Positions 28,432 to 36,966 of a DNA stretch of 64,000 nucleotides are shown piece after piece. The stretch spans positions 14,151 through 78,150 of the forward strand of contig DAIDHQ010000021.1 in assembly GCA_027459645.1 (NCBI GenBank), written 5' to 3'. Positions within the stretch are counted from its first letter, which is position 1. The number at the start of each line of letters is the position of its first letter. The notes beneath the pieces were generated by a model, which searched no databases, was not told the origin of the DNA, and saw only the letters and a program-made list of their open reading frames with translations. Origin of the DNA: Vulcanimicrobiota bacterium (GTDB lineage: Bacteria > Vulcanimicrobiota > Vulcanimicrobiia > Vulcanimicrobiales > Vulcanimicrobiaceae). The translations under genes and the position numbers were made by a program.

Positions 28432-29761
28432 CCGGTTCCCGTGGCTGCTCGCCGCCGCCTATACCGCGATCTTCACGGTGCTCGGCGCGATACGGTATGC
28501 AGTTCACCGGAACCTGGTCGACTTCGGCATCTTCGCGCAAACGATTGCAAGCGCGTTCGGCTGCTTCTGTAACGCGATCGAAGGAAGCCACTGGGCATTT
28601 CACTTCTCGCCGATCCTCTACGTTCCAGGAGCGCTGGTCGCGCTCTGGCGTTCGCCGCTCGCCCTGATTCTTTTTACCGCTCTCCCATGCGCGCTGGCGA
28701 TTCCGCCGCTGTACGCGATCGCCGCTCGGCATGCGGATCGAAACACCGCGCGGCTCGTCGCAATCGTTGCGTTTCTGTATCCGCCGCTCGCGGGACTCGC
28801 GTTCAACGATTTTCACGAAAACGTTTTTGCGCCGGCCGCGATCGCGTGGGCGCTTTGGGCGTTCGACGCGGGATATCTGCGGGCTGCGATCGTTGCCGCA
28901 ATCGTCGGCGTCGCCACCAAGGAAGACCAGGCGATCTTCGTCGGCGTTGCCGGTGCGATCGCGGCATTCGTCTATCGCGGAACCAAGCGCGGTCTGATCG
29001 GAGCGGTCGTAGCGGCCCTCGGCTTCGGTGCGGCACTCGCGTTCTTTCTCATCATCCAGCCGCACGCGCAGGCCAATCCGTCGTGGGCGCCGGTACGGTT
29101 CTATGCGTGGACCGGCGCCGACGTGCGGGCACTCTTTCCGCAGGAACTGCTCGCGCGCATAGGATTTCTCGCGCTCGTCTTCGCGCCGCTTGGATTCTTT
29201 CCGTTCCGTTCCCGATATATGTGGCTCGCGTTTGCGCCGTTTGCCGAAGTGCTGCTTTCGCGGATGTCGACGACCTACACTAATGGAACGCACTACGCCG
29301 GAGCCTGGATCGGCTACGTGCTCATCGCTTTTGCGCTTGCCGCGTGCGCGCTTCCCGAACGCAGGCGCCGTGCGATGCTGTTCGTCTGCATCGGACTGTG
29401 CGTGCTGGAGCTCGTCGTCGCGAATCCCATGCATCCGGGGATGAACTTGCGCAGGCTGCAAGATCGCGACGTTGCGCTGGACGCGCAGTTGCATCGTTTG
29501 CCGCGCGACATTTCGATCGCGACGCAGGAAGAAGCCTACACGCACCTCGCGCTCCACGATCCGTTTGCACGGTTACTGCCCGACGACCCGGCAACGCCGT
29601 TGCACGCGTGCTTCGTGCTGGTCGACCGCGCGTTTCCGCAATCGCCGCGGCTGCAAGAGTACGGCGAGGCCTTCGCCGCGCTCGTCCGAGCGAAAGCCTA
29701 CGCGCCCGTCGGCGTCACCGGGTCAGTGGAGATCTACCGGCGTTCGGGCGCCTGCCGCTGA
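28424..29761 (+). CDS. DUF2079-family integral membrane protein (putative GT-C-like glycosyltransferase), copy 1
   Basis: Polytopic, with FGIFAQ...HFSPILY...FNDFHENVFAPAAI...ATKEDQA blocks shared with 34183-35562. The ATG overlaps the prfB stop. Confidence 0.7.
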   Translation: MRDRFPWLLAAAYTAIFTVLGAIRYAVHRNLVDFGIFAQTIASAFGCFCNAIEGSHWAFHFSPILYVPGALVALWRSPLALILFTALPCALAIPPLYAIAARHADRNTARLVAIVAFLYPPLAGLAFNDFHENVFAPAAIAWALWAFDAGYLRAAIVAAIVGVATKEDQAIFVGVAGAIAAFVYRGTKRGLIGAVVAALGFGAALAFFLIIQPHAQANPSWAPVRFYAWTGADVRALFPQELLARIGFLALVFAPLGFFPFRSRYMWLAFAPFAEVLLSRMSTTYTNGTHYAGAWIGYVLIAFALAACALPERRRRAMLFVCIGLCVLELVVANPMHPGMNLRRLQDRDVALDAQLHRLPRDISIATQEEAYTHLALHDPFARLLPDDPATPLHACFVLVDRAFPQSPRLQEYGEAFAALVRAKAYAPVGVTGSVEIYRRSGACR

Positions 29762-30721
29762 CGCGAGTTCCCGCAGGTTCTGCGGGATCGTTTCTTGCCA
29801 TCCGGCGCTTCCTCGAAGGTTGACGTAGCGCGCGGCCCACGGAGCCCATCGCGCGCTCTGCAGCGCGAACGGAGCGCGCGGATCGAAGACCGCGAGCACG
29901 GGCGTTCCGGTCATGCCCGCAACGTGGATCGCGCCCGAATCGGGAGCGATCAATGCGGCCGACGCCGCGATGGCTTCCTTCCACGGCTCGAGCGTATCGA
30001 AACACTCCACCGTACAGCGTGCGGCGCGTTCGAACTCACGCACGAAGGGAGCCTCTGCCGCGGAGGCGATAGGACGAAGCACCGCTTCGTTGGACGCGCG
30101 TGCGAACGCGTCGACCACGTCGCCGAACGCGATGCCGAGCCGCACCCACTTTTCGGTGACCTGAAATGCGACGCGTTCTTCGCGAGGAACCTCTCGTTCC
30201 AGGACGAGGGGGCGCAGCTTCGCAACATCGCGCGTCGGGGCGGCGTTGCCCAAAAGACTGCGCGCGAGACCGAAGAGCACGTCGGATTCGTGCGGCGCTT
30301 TCGGGTCCAGCCCTGCGCTGCGAACGACGGTCTCGGTGAGCATCGAGCGCACCCACAAGCTCTTGAACGGCTTCCCCCACCCATTCGAAAAACCGATGCG
30401 GACCGGTGCCGCTACGGCCCGCGCCAGGCGATAGCCGCCGGGATCTTCCGTCGCGACCAGGACGTGCGAGTAGCCGCGCGACCGCAGCCGCTCCCCGAAT
30501 TCCCCGATCGCGTGCAGATTCTCGGAAGTGCTGGAGCGCAAGGCGAAGGGCGCGATTTCGATCGCGCGCGCGGCGCGGGAAGAAAAGACGGCGGCGTTTA
30601 CCGCGGACATCACCAGATCCACCGGAATACTGCGTTCCCGAAATGCGGCCAACAACGGCGTCAGCGCAAGCGCGTCGCCGATCGCGTCCAGGCGGATGAC
30701 CAGGACCGACGGTGAATCCAT
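29723..30721 (-). CDS. Glycosyltransferase family 9 (heptosyltransferase-like)
   Basis: VLVIRLDAIGDALALTPLL N-terminus, and DSGAIHVAGMTGTPVLAVF near the C-terminus. Confidence 0.82.
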   Translation of the reverse strand: MDSPSVLVIRLDAIGDALALTPLLAAFRERSIPVDLVMSAVNAAVFSSRAARAIEIAPFALRSSTSENLHAIGEFGERLRSRGYSHVLVATEDPGGYRLARAVAAPVRIGFSNGWGKPFKSLWVRSMLTETVVRSAGLDPKAPHESDVLFGLARSLLGNAAPTRDVAKLRPLVLEREVPREERVAFQVTEKWVRLGIAFGDVVDAFARASNEAVLRPIASAAEAPFVREFERAARCTVECFDTLEPWKEAIAASAALIAPDSGAIHVAGMTGTPVLAVFDPRAPFALQSARWAPWAARYVNLRGSAGWQETIPQNLRELASAAGARTPVDLH

Positions 30722-30727
30722 ACGTCA

Positions 30728-31060
30728 ATGATAGCGCCTCAAGATGTGGTCACCTTCACCGACCTTGAAGACACGCGCATCGTCCGGCGCTTCGGGTACG
30801 TCTCGGGAATCGCATCGCGCCCGCGCAATCGGCTCCGCTCGACCTTTCGCAGCCTCGGAATGCTCATCGGCGTCTCGCCCAACGAGTTTCTGAGCGACGC
30901 GGAGCATTTGCGTAACGAAGCCCTCGAAGGCATCTACAAGCGCGCGAACGCCCTCGGCGCGAACGCGGTGATCGGCTTGAGTTTTCACGTTTCCGAAGGT
31001 CCAGACGGGTCGTGTAAGGTCGTGGCATTCGGAGAAGCGGTCCTGGTTGCCGATGCTTGA
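30728..31060 (+). CDS. ybjQ: YbjQ/UPF0145 family protein
   Basis: 110 aa with FGYVSG...EALEGIYKRANALGANAVIGLSF...VVAFGEAV, the typical pattern. Confidence 0.85.
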   Translation: MIAPQDVVTFTDLEDTRIVRRFGYVSGIASRPRNRLRSTFRSLGMLIGVSPNEFLSDAEHLRNEALEGIYKRANALGANAVIGLSFHVSEGPDGSCKVVAFGEAVLVADA

Positions 31061-31718
31061 AGAACGCGCTCGCCGCGAACGGCTGCTTGCAGCCGAGGCG
31101 GCCGGAGCGGCCGCCTGCCGGAAGTGTGCGATCGGCTCGCAGCGCCGCAACAACGTCTACGGTGAGGGCGATCCGTGCGCGCACGTGATGGTCGTCGGCG
31201 AGGGGCCGGGCGAAACGGAAGATTTGCTTGGGCGACCGTTCGTCGGACGTGCCGGGCAATTGCTCGAAAAGATGCTGGCCGCGATCGGTCTGGCGCGCGA
31301 AGACGTGTATATATGCAATACGGTGAAATGCCGTCCGACCGAACCGGGGCTGCGCGGGCCGAAGAACCGGGCGCCGGAACCGCAAGAAATGGCGAACTGC
31401 CGCCCGTTCTTGGACGAGCAGATCGACATCATCCGTCCGAAGGTGTTGCTGGCGCTGGGCGCCCCGGCGGCAAAGTCGTTTCTTGGCCGCGATTTTCAAA
31501 TCACGAAGATGCGCGGGCGCTGGTATGAGGGACCGCTCGGAATTCCGTTGATGGTGACCTTCCATCCGGCCTACATCCTGCGGCAGACGGGCGGCGAGAT
31601 GACCGCCGTCAAGCGCCTGGTCTGGGCCGATCTGAAGGCCGTCCGAGCGAAGCTCGATGAGCCTGCGGCGGCTGCTCCCGAGGAGCCGGAGCAAGCGGCT
31701 TTGTTTGACGGCGTCTGA
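31053..31718 (+). CDS. udg: Uracil-DNA glycosylase, family 4
   Basis: CRKC...VYGEGDPCAHVMVVGEGPGETED...PFVGRAGQLL...YICNTVKCRP...HPAYILR. ATG 31053 overlaps the ybjQ stop, and TTG 31047 is also possible. Confidence 0.9.
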   Translation: MLEERARRERLLAAEAAGAAACRKCAIGSQRRNNVYGEGDPCAHVMVVGEGPGETEDLLGRPFVGRAGQLLEKMLAAIGLAREDVYICNTVKCRPTEPGLRGPKNRAPEPQEMANCRPFLDEQIDIIRPKVLLALGAPAAKSFLGRDFQITKMRGRWYEGPLGIPLMVTFHPAYILRQTGGEMTAVKRLVWADLKAVRAKLDEPAAAAPEEPEQAALFDGV

Positions 31719-31729
31719 TTTGACGACGT

Positions 31730-32839
31730 GTGTTAGGATGGGGTGCTGTGACCAGGGACCCCCTTCGTATTTGGTTCGACGACGTCGCGCGCCGCATCGG
31801 TTTTGCCGATAGCGACGAGTTCGCGCGTGCCTTCGAGCTCAAGCCGTTCCGGCTCAAGCAAATCTATCGGGCGGCCGCCAAAGAATTGTGCGCGGACGTC
31901 GGCGAGGTAACGACGCTGCCGAAGGAACTGCGCGCAGAATTGCAGTCGCGCGGGTTCTCGTTTTCGTCGGTGACGCCCGTGGTGCTGCAGCGGTCCAACG
32001 ACGGCCAGACGACCAAGGGCCTCTTCAAATTACGCGACGGGAACGAAGTCGAAGCCGTTCTGATGGAACACTACGGCGATCGCACGACCGTTTGCATCTC
32101 CTCGCAAGCCGGCTGCGCGTTCGCCTGCGCGTTTTGTTCCACGGGGCAGGCGGGCTTCACGCGCAATCTGGATGCGACCGAAATCTTCGATCAAGCGCGA
32201 TTCTTCGCGCGCGAGCTGGCCACGCGCAACAAGCGCATCACGAACATCGTGTTCATGGGAATGGGCGAGCCCTTTCACAACTACGAAGCTGTCATGAATG
32301 GGGTCGCGTTGTTGCACGACCCGCATGGTTTGGGGCTCGGGCACCGGCACATCACGATTTCGACCGTCGGCCTCGTCGATAAGATCGATCGGTTCGCGGA
32401 CGAAGGTCTACAGGTCAATCTCGCGATCTCGCTTCACGCGCCGAGCGATCGCGTTCGCGGCGCCATTATGCCGGTGAATCGAAAGTTCGACATGGGCGAG
32501 CTGATGGCGGCGGTCGAGCGCTACGTGGAAAAGACGAACCGGAAAGTGTTTTTCGAATATGTGATGCTGGAAGGCATCAACGACGACGAAACCTGCGCGA
32601 ACGAATTAGCCGCTCTTATGCGCGGCCGCCTCTATCACGTCAATTTGATTCCGTACAACTCGACGCCGGACGGGCCGTTTCAAGGTACCGCGGATGCGCG
32701 CATCTGGGCCTTCGCGGCGGTGCTCGACAAAGCCGGCGTACCGACGACGGTACGCAAGAACATGGGCCGCGACATCAGTGCCGCCTGCGGGCAACTGCGC
32801 GCGGAAACGCAACCGAAGGCGCACGCCTCGGCAAAATAG
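31730..32839 (+). CDS. rlmN: 23S rRNA/tRNA (adenine-C2)-methyltransferase
   Basis: FRLKQIY, radical SAM CISSQAGCAFACAFCSTGQ, GMGEP, and a C-terminal DISAACGQL. Confidence 0.93.
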   Translation: MLGWGAVTRDPLRIWFDDVARRIGFADSDEFARAFELKPFRLKQIYRAAAKELCADVGEVTTLPKELRAELQSRGFSFSSVTPVVLQRSNDGQTTKGLFKLRDGNEVEAVLMEHYGDRTTVCISSQAGCAFACAFCSTGQAGFTRNLDATEIFDQARFFARELATRNKRITNIVFMGMGEPFHNYEAVMNGVALLHDPHGLGLGHRHITISTVGLVDKIDRFADEGLQVNLAISLHAPSDRVRGAIMPVNRKFDMGELMAAVERYVEKTNRKVFFEYVMLEGINDDETCANELAALMRGRLYHVNLIPYNSTPDGPFQGTADARIWAFAAVLDKAGVPTTVRKNMGRDISAACGQLRAETQPKAHASAK

Positions 32840-32843
32840 CGAA

Positions 32844-32863
32844 GCGCCGCATTACTGCGGCGC
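32844..32863 (+). terminator. Hairpin just downstream of rlmN (possible terminator)
   Basis: GCGCCGC-attact-GCGGCGC begins 5 nt after the stop codon. No clear T-tract. Confidence 0.35.
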
Positions 32864-32924
32864 CTCGCGCGCTTCGATGTGTCTGCCGGCTTGATACCCT
32901 AGTCGACATTATCACATCGATGAC

Positions 32925-33008
32925 AGCTTCGCAACGCGGGGTGGTGCGCTGCGGTTGGAGCGCCCGGGAGGCTTGTCATCCTGAGCGAAGCGTTGCGAAG
33001 CAACGCGG
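32925..33008. repeat. Intergenic palindromic/structured element
   Basis: GCTTCGCAACGC (32926-32937) is the exact reverse complement of GCGTTGCGAAGC (32990-33001). There is a local 7-bp hairpin GCGTTGC-gaa-GCAACGC (32990-33006). The element contains GTCATCCTGAGCGAAGCG. Confidence 0.5.
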
Positions 33009-33106
33009 AGTCGAAGGACCGTATCGATCGGATGTTCGGCGTAGTTATTTAGGCGGGTGCGCGGCGCTGAAGCCAAACGAGAATCGGCGGCAAGTGAGGA
33101 TGATTT

Positions 33107-33754
33107 GTGAATGAGCTGACGCGGTACGCTTCTCCGGTGCAACATCCGCAAGGGCTTGCGTGGGACGGTGCCAAGATGTGGGTAACCAGCGCCGCTAACG
33201 GCAAGCTGTATGAGATCGATCCGCTGTCGTGGACGGTTCAACGTGAGTTCGTTCCGCCCGCCGAGGCACTCGGCATCGCGTATGCGGGCCGGGATTTTCA
33301 GCTGATCCTCGCGCCGTCGATCGACGAGCCGGATCTGGAGCGCGATCACCGCTACGTCTATGCGTTTTCACCCGACGAGGGTTTTGCGGAGCGGTTCATA
33401 TGCCCCGATAACTCCGGATCGTTTCTTGCCTATGCAATGGGAACGCTGTATCTCTCGCAAGCCTGGGACAAGAAGCTGATCGAATTGGACGAACGCGGTT
33501 CTTCCGTGCGCGAAGTGCGGCTTGAACGCCGTCCGGTCGGCATGACGATCGTCGACGATGCATTTTATCTCGTAACCGTCGACGACGCGTGGGTCGACGG
33601 GCGTTTCGAGCGTCTTGGCATCGGCGCCGATGCATCATCGATTCAAACGCTTCGCTCGTTCCCGTTCAAACCGCGAAGCGTTGCGTTCGACGGCGAGCGC
33701 TTCTGGACGGCCGATCGCAACAACGACGCGATCGTATCGTTCGAGCTCGCGTAA
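33107..33754 (+). CDS. Hypothetical beta-propeller-like repeat protein (215 aa)
   Basis: GAGGA RBS 6 nt before the GTG start. Repeated motifs of the type GLAWDG..MWVT / FWTADRNNDAIVSF. Function unknown. Confidence 0.55.
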   Translation: MNELTRYASPVQHPQGLAWDGAKMWVTSAANGKLYEIDPLSWTVQREFVPPAEALGIAYAGRDFQLILAPSIDEPDLERDHRYVYAFSPDEGFAERFICPDNSGSFLAYAMGTLYLSQAWDKKLIELDERGSSVREVRLERRPVGMTIVDDAFYLVTVDDAWVDGRFERLGIGADASSIQTLRSFPFKPRSVAFDGERFWTADRNNDAIVSFELA

Positions 33755-33784
33755 TATCGGTTGTGCCCGAGCCTGCGTTCGGGG

Positions 33785-34105
33785 TTACATTCCCAGCCGC
33801 TTGAGAAAGATCGCCGCCAGTAAAACCGGCAGCAGCGGCAACGCCGAGAAGCCGATCTCCAGGCGCAGGGCGAGGATGGGGTTGTTGGACTTCCAGCGAT
33901 GGCGGCTGATCCAAATCCCGGCGATCGCGATCAAGCATGCGATGGGAAATGCGATCGTGGAAATCCAGAATGCCATGAACGTCGAGATTTGGCTTTCGCG
34001 GAGGCCGTCGGACATAAAGACGGCCGTGAGGGCTAAAATGCACCCCGGAAAGAACGCCAAACCCCACAGGATCGTCGCCGCGATCGGAAGCCACGGTCGC
34101 TTCAT
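33785..34105 (-). CDS. Small polytopic membrane protein (106 aa)
   Basis: Three or four hydrophobic helices. Start taken at the internal ATG (MKRPWLPIAATILWG) to avoid overlap with the divergent neighbour. Confidence 0.5.
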   Translation of the reverse strand: MKRPWLPIAATILWGLAFFPGCILALTAVFMSDGLRESQISTFMAFWISTIAFPIACLIAIAGIWISRHRWKSNNPILALRLEIGFSALPLLPVLLAAIFLKRLGM

Positions 34106-34182
34106 GCGTTCGGGTTCGAGAAACGCAGGCACAAATCTTGGCGGGAAGCCGGAACGCACTGCCTAAGCTACCGCGCGGAGCA

Positions 34183-35562
34183 ATGGTGAAACGCCTCGTC
34201 GTTTGGGCTGCAGTCGAATTCGTGCTGCTTGCGATTTGCGTGGTCGCACGGACCGCCTTTTGGTCATACGGGGCAGACACGGGAACGTTCGCGCAGCTCA
34301 TCGCGTCGGGCCCTGGGATGCGCGACGTTCTCGAAGCCGGAACGCACTTTCGTTTTCACTGGTCGCCGACGCTGATATTGCTGTGGCCGCTCGCGGCGCT
34401 CGCTCGCAACGGCTTTCTCATTCAACTCGTGCAGGCGGCTGCGGTTGCTGCGACCGCACCGCTGCTCGCGGCGCTCTTTCGTCCGTATCTCGGCGAGACG
34501 CTCAGCCTGCGCTTTGGCGCGGTTGCGTTGTTGTATCCGCCGCTGGTCGCACTCGGATTCGATGAGTTTCACGAACTGGGATTGTTTGCGCCGTTGGCGA
34601 TCGGCATGCTGCTGGCCGCAGATCGCGGGAATTGGCGTTGGTATGCGGTCTGCACGCTGCTCGCCATCGGTTTGCGTGAAGATATTTGCATAGAGTTGGC
34701 GTTACTCGGCATCGCGCTTTCGATTGCGGGCGTCAGGCTGCACCGGCGTCAGCTTGCCGTTGCGGGAGGGGCAACGACGCTCGCGGCGGCGAGCGCACTC
34801 GCGCTATATTTCGGTGCGGTCGTTCCGTCGTTGGGCGGTTGGAATCCCTCGCATTTTTACGAATATTCGTTTGCGAACGGGCCGGTCGCGGTGATCTTCG
34901 CGGTCTTCACCCATCCGTTCGACGTTGCGCGCGTCGTCTTCCAACGCGGGAAATTCACCTACGTCTTGGAAGCGCTCGCGCCGCTGGCATTCCTGCCGCT
35001 GCTCACCCGTTGGTGGCTCATCGCGCTTCCGGGGTTCGCGATGGTCCTGCTTGCGAACGATGCCTACGTTTGGCGCATGGGCGATCATTATGCGGCGCTA
35101 TGGATTCCGTGGCTGCTCGTTGCGGCCGGCTGCGCGCTCGTCATTCTGCGGAAGCGATCCGAAACGATTGCACGTACCTGGACGGGCGTGGCGGCGGCGC
35201 TTTCGGTCGTGGTGCTGATCGCGTTCGACCCGATGCACCCGCTCCATTACCTGCGCCCCTCCTACCACGATCTTGCCGACGTACGGCGGGCCTTTTCGTG
35301 CGTGCCCCACGACGCGGTCGTAGCCACCCAAGACGAGTGGTACGCCCAAGAATCGGTCGCCTTTCCGCACGCTACGACGGCGACGACCCCGGGCGCCGCC
35401 TATCTTGTCTACGCGCTGGATTACCCCAACGCTGCGTTCCGCGCCACGGTGCTGCCCGCCGTAAAAGCGGCGGTGAGGCGGGGAGAATATCGCCCGGTCT
35501 GCCGCTACGGCGACGTGGTCGTGTACCGCCGGCGAGAATCGAGGCCGGGCAAGGGGGGGTAA
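34183..35562 (+). CDS. DUF2079-family integral membrane protein, copy 2
   Basis: Paralog of 28424-29761 (FAQLI...HFRFHWSPTLIL...FDEFHELGLFAPLAI...GLREDICIE). Start at ATG 34183, and 34138 is also possible. Confidence 0.7.
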   Translation: MVKRLVVWAAVEFVLLAICVVARTAFWSYGADTGTFAQLIASGPGMRDVLEAGTHFRFHWSPTLILLWPLAALARNGFLIQLVQAAAVAATAPLLAALFRPYLGETLSLRFGAVALLYPPLVALGFDEFHELGLFAPLAIGMLLAADRGNWRWYAVCTLLAIGLREDICIELALLGIALSIAGVRLHRRQLAVAGGATTLAAASALALYFGAVVPSLGGWNPSHFYEYSFANGPVAVIFAVFTHPFDVARVVFQRGKFTYVLEALAPLAFLPLLTRWWLIALPGFAMVLLANDAYVWRMGDHYAALWIPWLLVAAGCALVILRKRSETIARTWTGVAAALSVVVLIAFDPMHPLHYLRPSYHDLADVRRAFSCVPHDAVVATQDEWYAQESVAFPHATTATTPGAAYLVYALDYPNAAFRATVLPAVKAAVRRGEYRPVCRYGDVVVYRRRESRPGKGG

Positions 35563-35592
35563 GCAGGGTGCTTGATAAATCTATCACGCCCT

Positions 35593-36933
35593 ATGGACCC
35601 CCAGACGAACGTCACGATGGACGAGATCACGGCGCTTGCAAAGCGCCGCGGCTTCATCTTTCAGTCGAGCGAGATCTATGGCGGCATCAACGGCTTCTGG
35701 GATTACGGTCCGATGGGTGCCGTGCTAAAGCGCAACGTCAAAGATGCGTGGTGGCGCGATACGGTGCAACTGCGCGATGACGTCGTTGCCTTCGACTCTT
35801 CGATCATCATGCATCCCTCTACTTGGGAAGCTTCGGGGCATCTCGCGCAGTTCCACGACAAGCTCGTTGATTGCAAGGTTTGCAAACACCGTTTCCGTTT
35901 GGATCACTTGAAGAATCCCAATCAGTGTCCCGATTGCGGAAGCAAAGACAGCTTCACTGAACCGCGTAACTTCAATTTGATGATGAAGACGCAGATCGGC
36001 CCGATGGAAGACACCGCGTCGACCGCATATCTGCGCCCCGAAACCGCTCAAGGCATCTTCGTCAATTTCAAAAACGTCTATCAAACCGCGCGCAAGCGCC
36101 CGCCGTTTGGGATCGCGCAGATCGGCAAATCGTTCCGCAACGAAATCACCCCGGGCAATTTCACGTTTCGGGTGCGCGAATTCGAGCAAGCGGAACTGGA
36201 GTATTTCGTGCCGGACGACGGCAACGATCTCACGGCATTTCAAGAGTGGGTCGATCGCCGTAAGGCGTGGTATTCAAAATACGGCGTAAAACCCGAACGC
36301 CTGCGTTTCTACGAACTCAAACCCGAAGAACGTCCGCATTACGCCAAAGCGGGCACCGACGTCGAGTATCTCTTTCCGTGGGGCTGGGGCGAGCTCGAAT
36401 CGATCGCTCACCGAGGCACGTACGATCTCGACGCCCACATGAAGCTTTCCGGCAAAGATTTGCGCTTCTACGACGAGTCCGCGAAGACGCACTACACGCC
36501 GATCCTTATCGAGAGTTCGGCCGGCATGGATCGAACGACGCTCACGATGCTGATCGATGCGTTCGAACGTGAAAAGAGCGTCGATCCAAACGGTAAGGAG
36601 ACCGAACGCGTCGTGTTGCGGTTCCATCCGTTCATCGCCCCGGTGCAGATCGCGGTCTTTTCACTCGCGCGCAACAAGCCCGAGCTGGTGGAACGGGCGC
36701 GCGGGATCGAGTCCGGGCTGCGTCCGTCGTACCGCACGCAATACGACGAGGGGAACATCGGCCAACTCTACCGCCGCCAGGACGAGATCGGCACGCCCTT
36801 CTGCGTGACGGTCGATTACGACACCCTGGAAGACGGTACGGTAACCATCCGCGAGCGCGACTCGATGCGGCAAGAGCGCATCGCGTCCGACGCTTTGCAT
36901 CACTATTTTAGCGAGCGCATGAAGTGGGCATGA
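35593..36933 (+). CDS. glyQS: Glycine--tRNA ligase (dimeric class II form)
   Basis: ALAKRRGFIFQSSEIYGGINGFWDYGPMG, RPETAQGIF and GKSFRNEITP motifs. Start is uncertain (35572, 35593 or 35617). Confidence 0.93.
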   Translation: MDPQTNVTMDEITALAKRRGFIFQSSEIYGGINGFWDYGPMGAVLKRNVKDAWWRDTVQLRDDVVAFDSSIIMHPSTWEASGHLAQFHDKLVDCKVCKHRFRLDHLKNPNQCPDCGSKDSFTEPRNFNLMMKTQIGPMEDTASTAYLRPETAQGIFVNFKNVYQTARKRPPFGIAQIGKSFRNEITPGNFTFRVREFEQAELEYFVPDDGNDLTAFQEWVDRRKAWYSKYGVKPERLRFYELKPEERPHYAKAGTDVEYLFPWGWGELESIAHRGTYDLDAHMKLSGKDLRFYDESAKTHYTPILIESSAGMDRTTLTMLIDAFEREKSVDPNGKETERVVLRFHPFIAPVQIAVFSLARNKPELVERARGIESGLRPSYRTQYDEGNIGQLYRRQDEIGTPFCVTVDYDTLEDGTVTIRERDSMRQERIASDALHHYFSERMKWA

Positions 36934-36966
36934 TGGGAGGACCACTGCGGGGAGGTCGCGCTTATC

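Noticed and set aside
32912-33349. 145-aa minus-strand ORF and 64-aa plus-strand ORF (32920-33114) across the rlmN-downstream intergenic region
   Set aside because: They are built on the palindromic repeat element, and the minus ORF overlaps the start of the better-supported 33107-33754 gene. No RBS or family signal.
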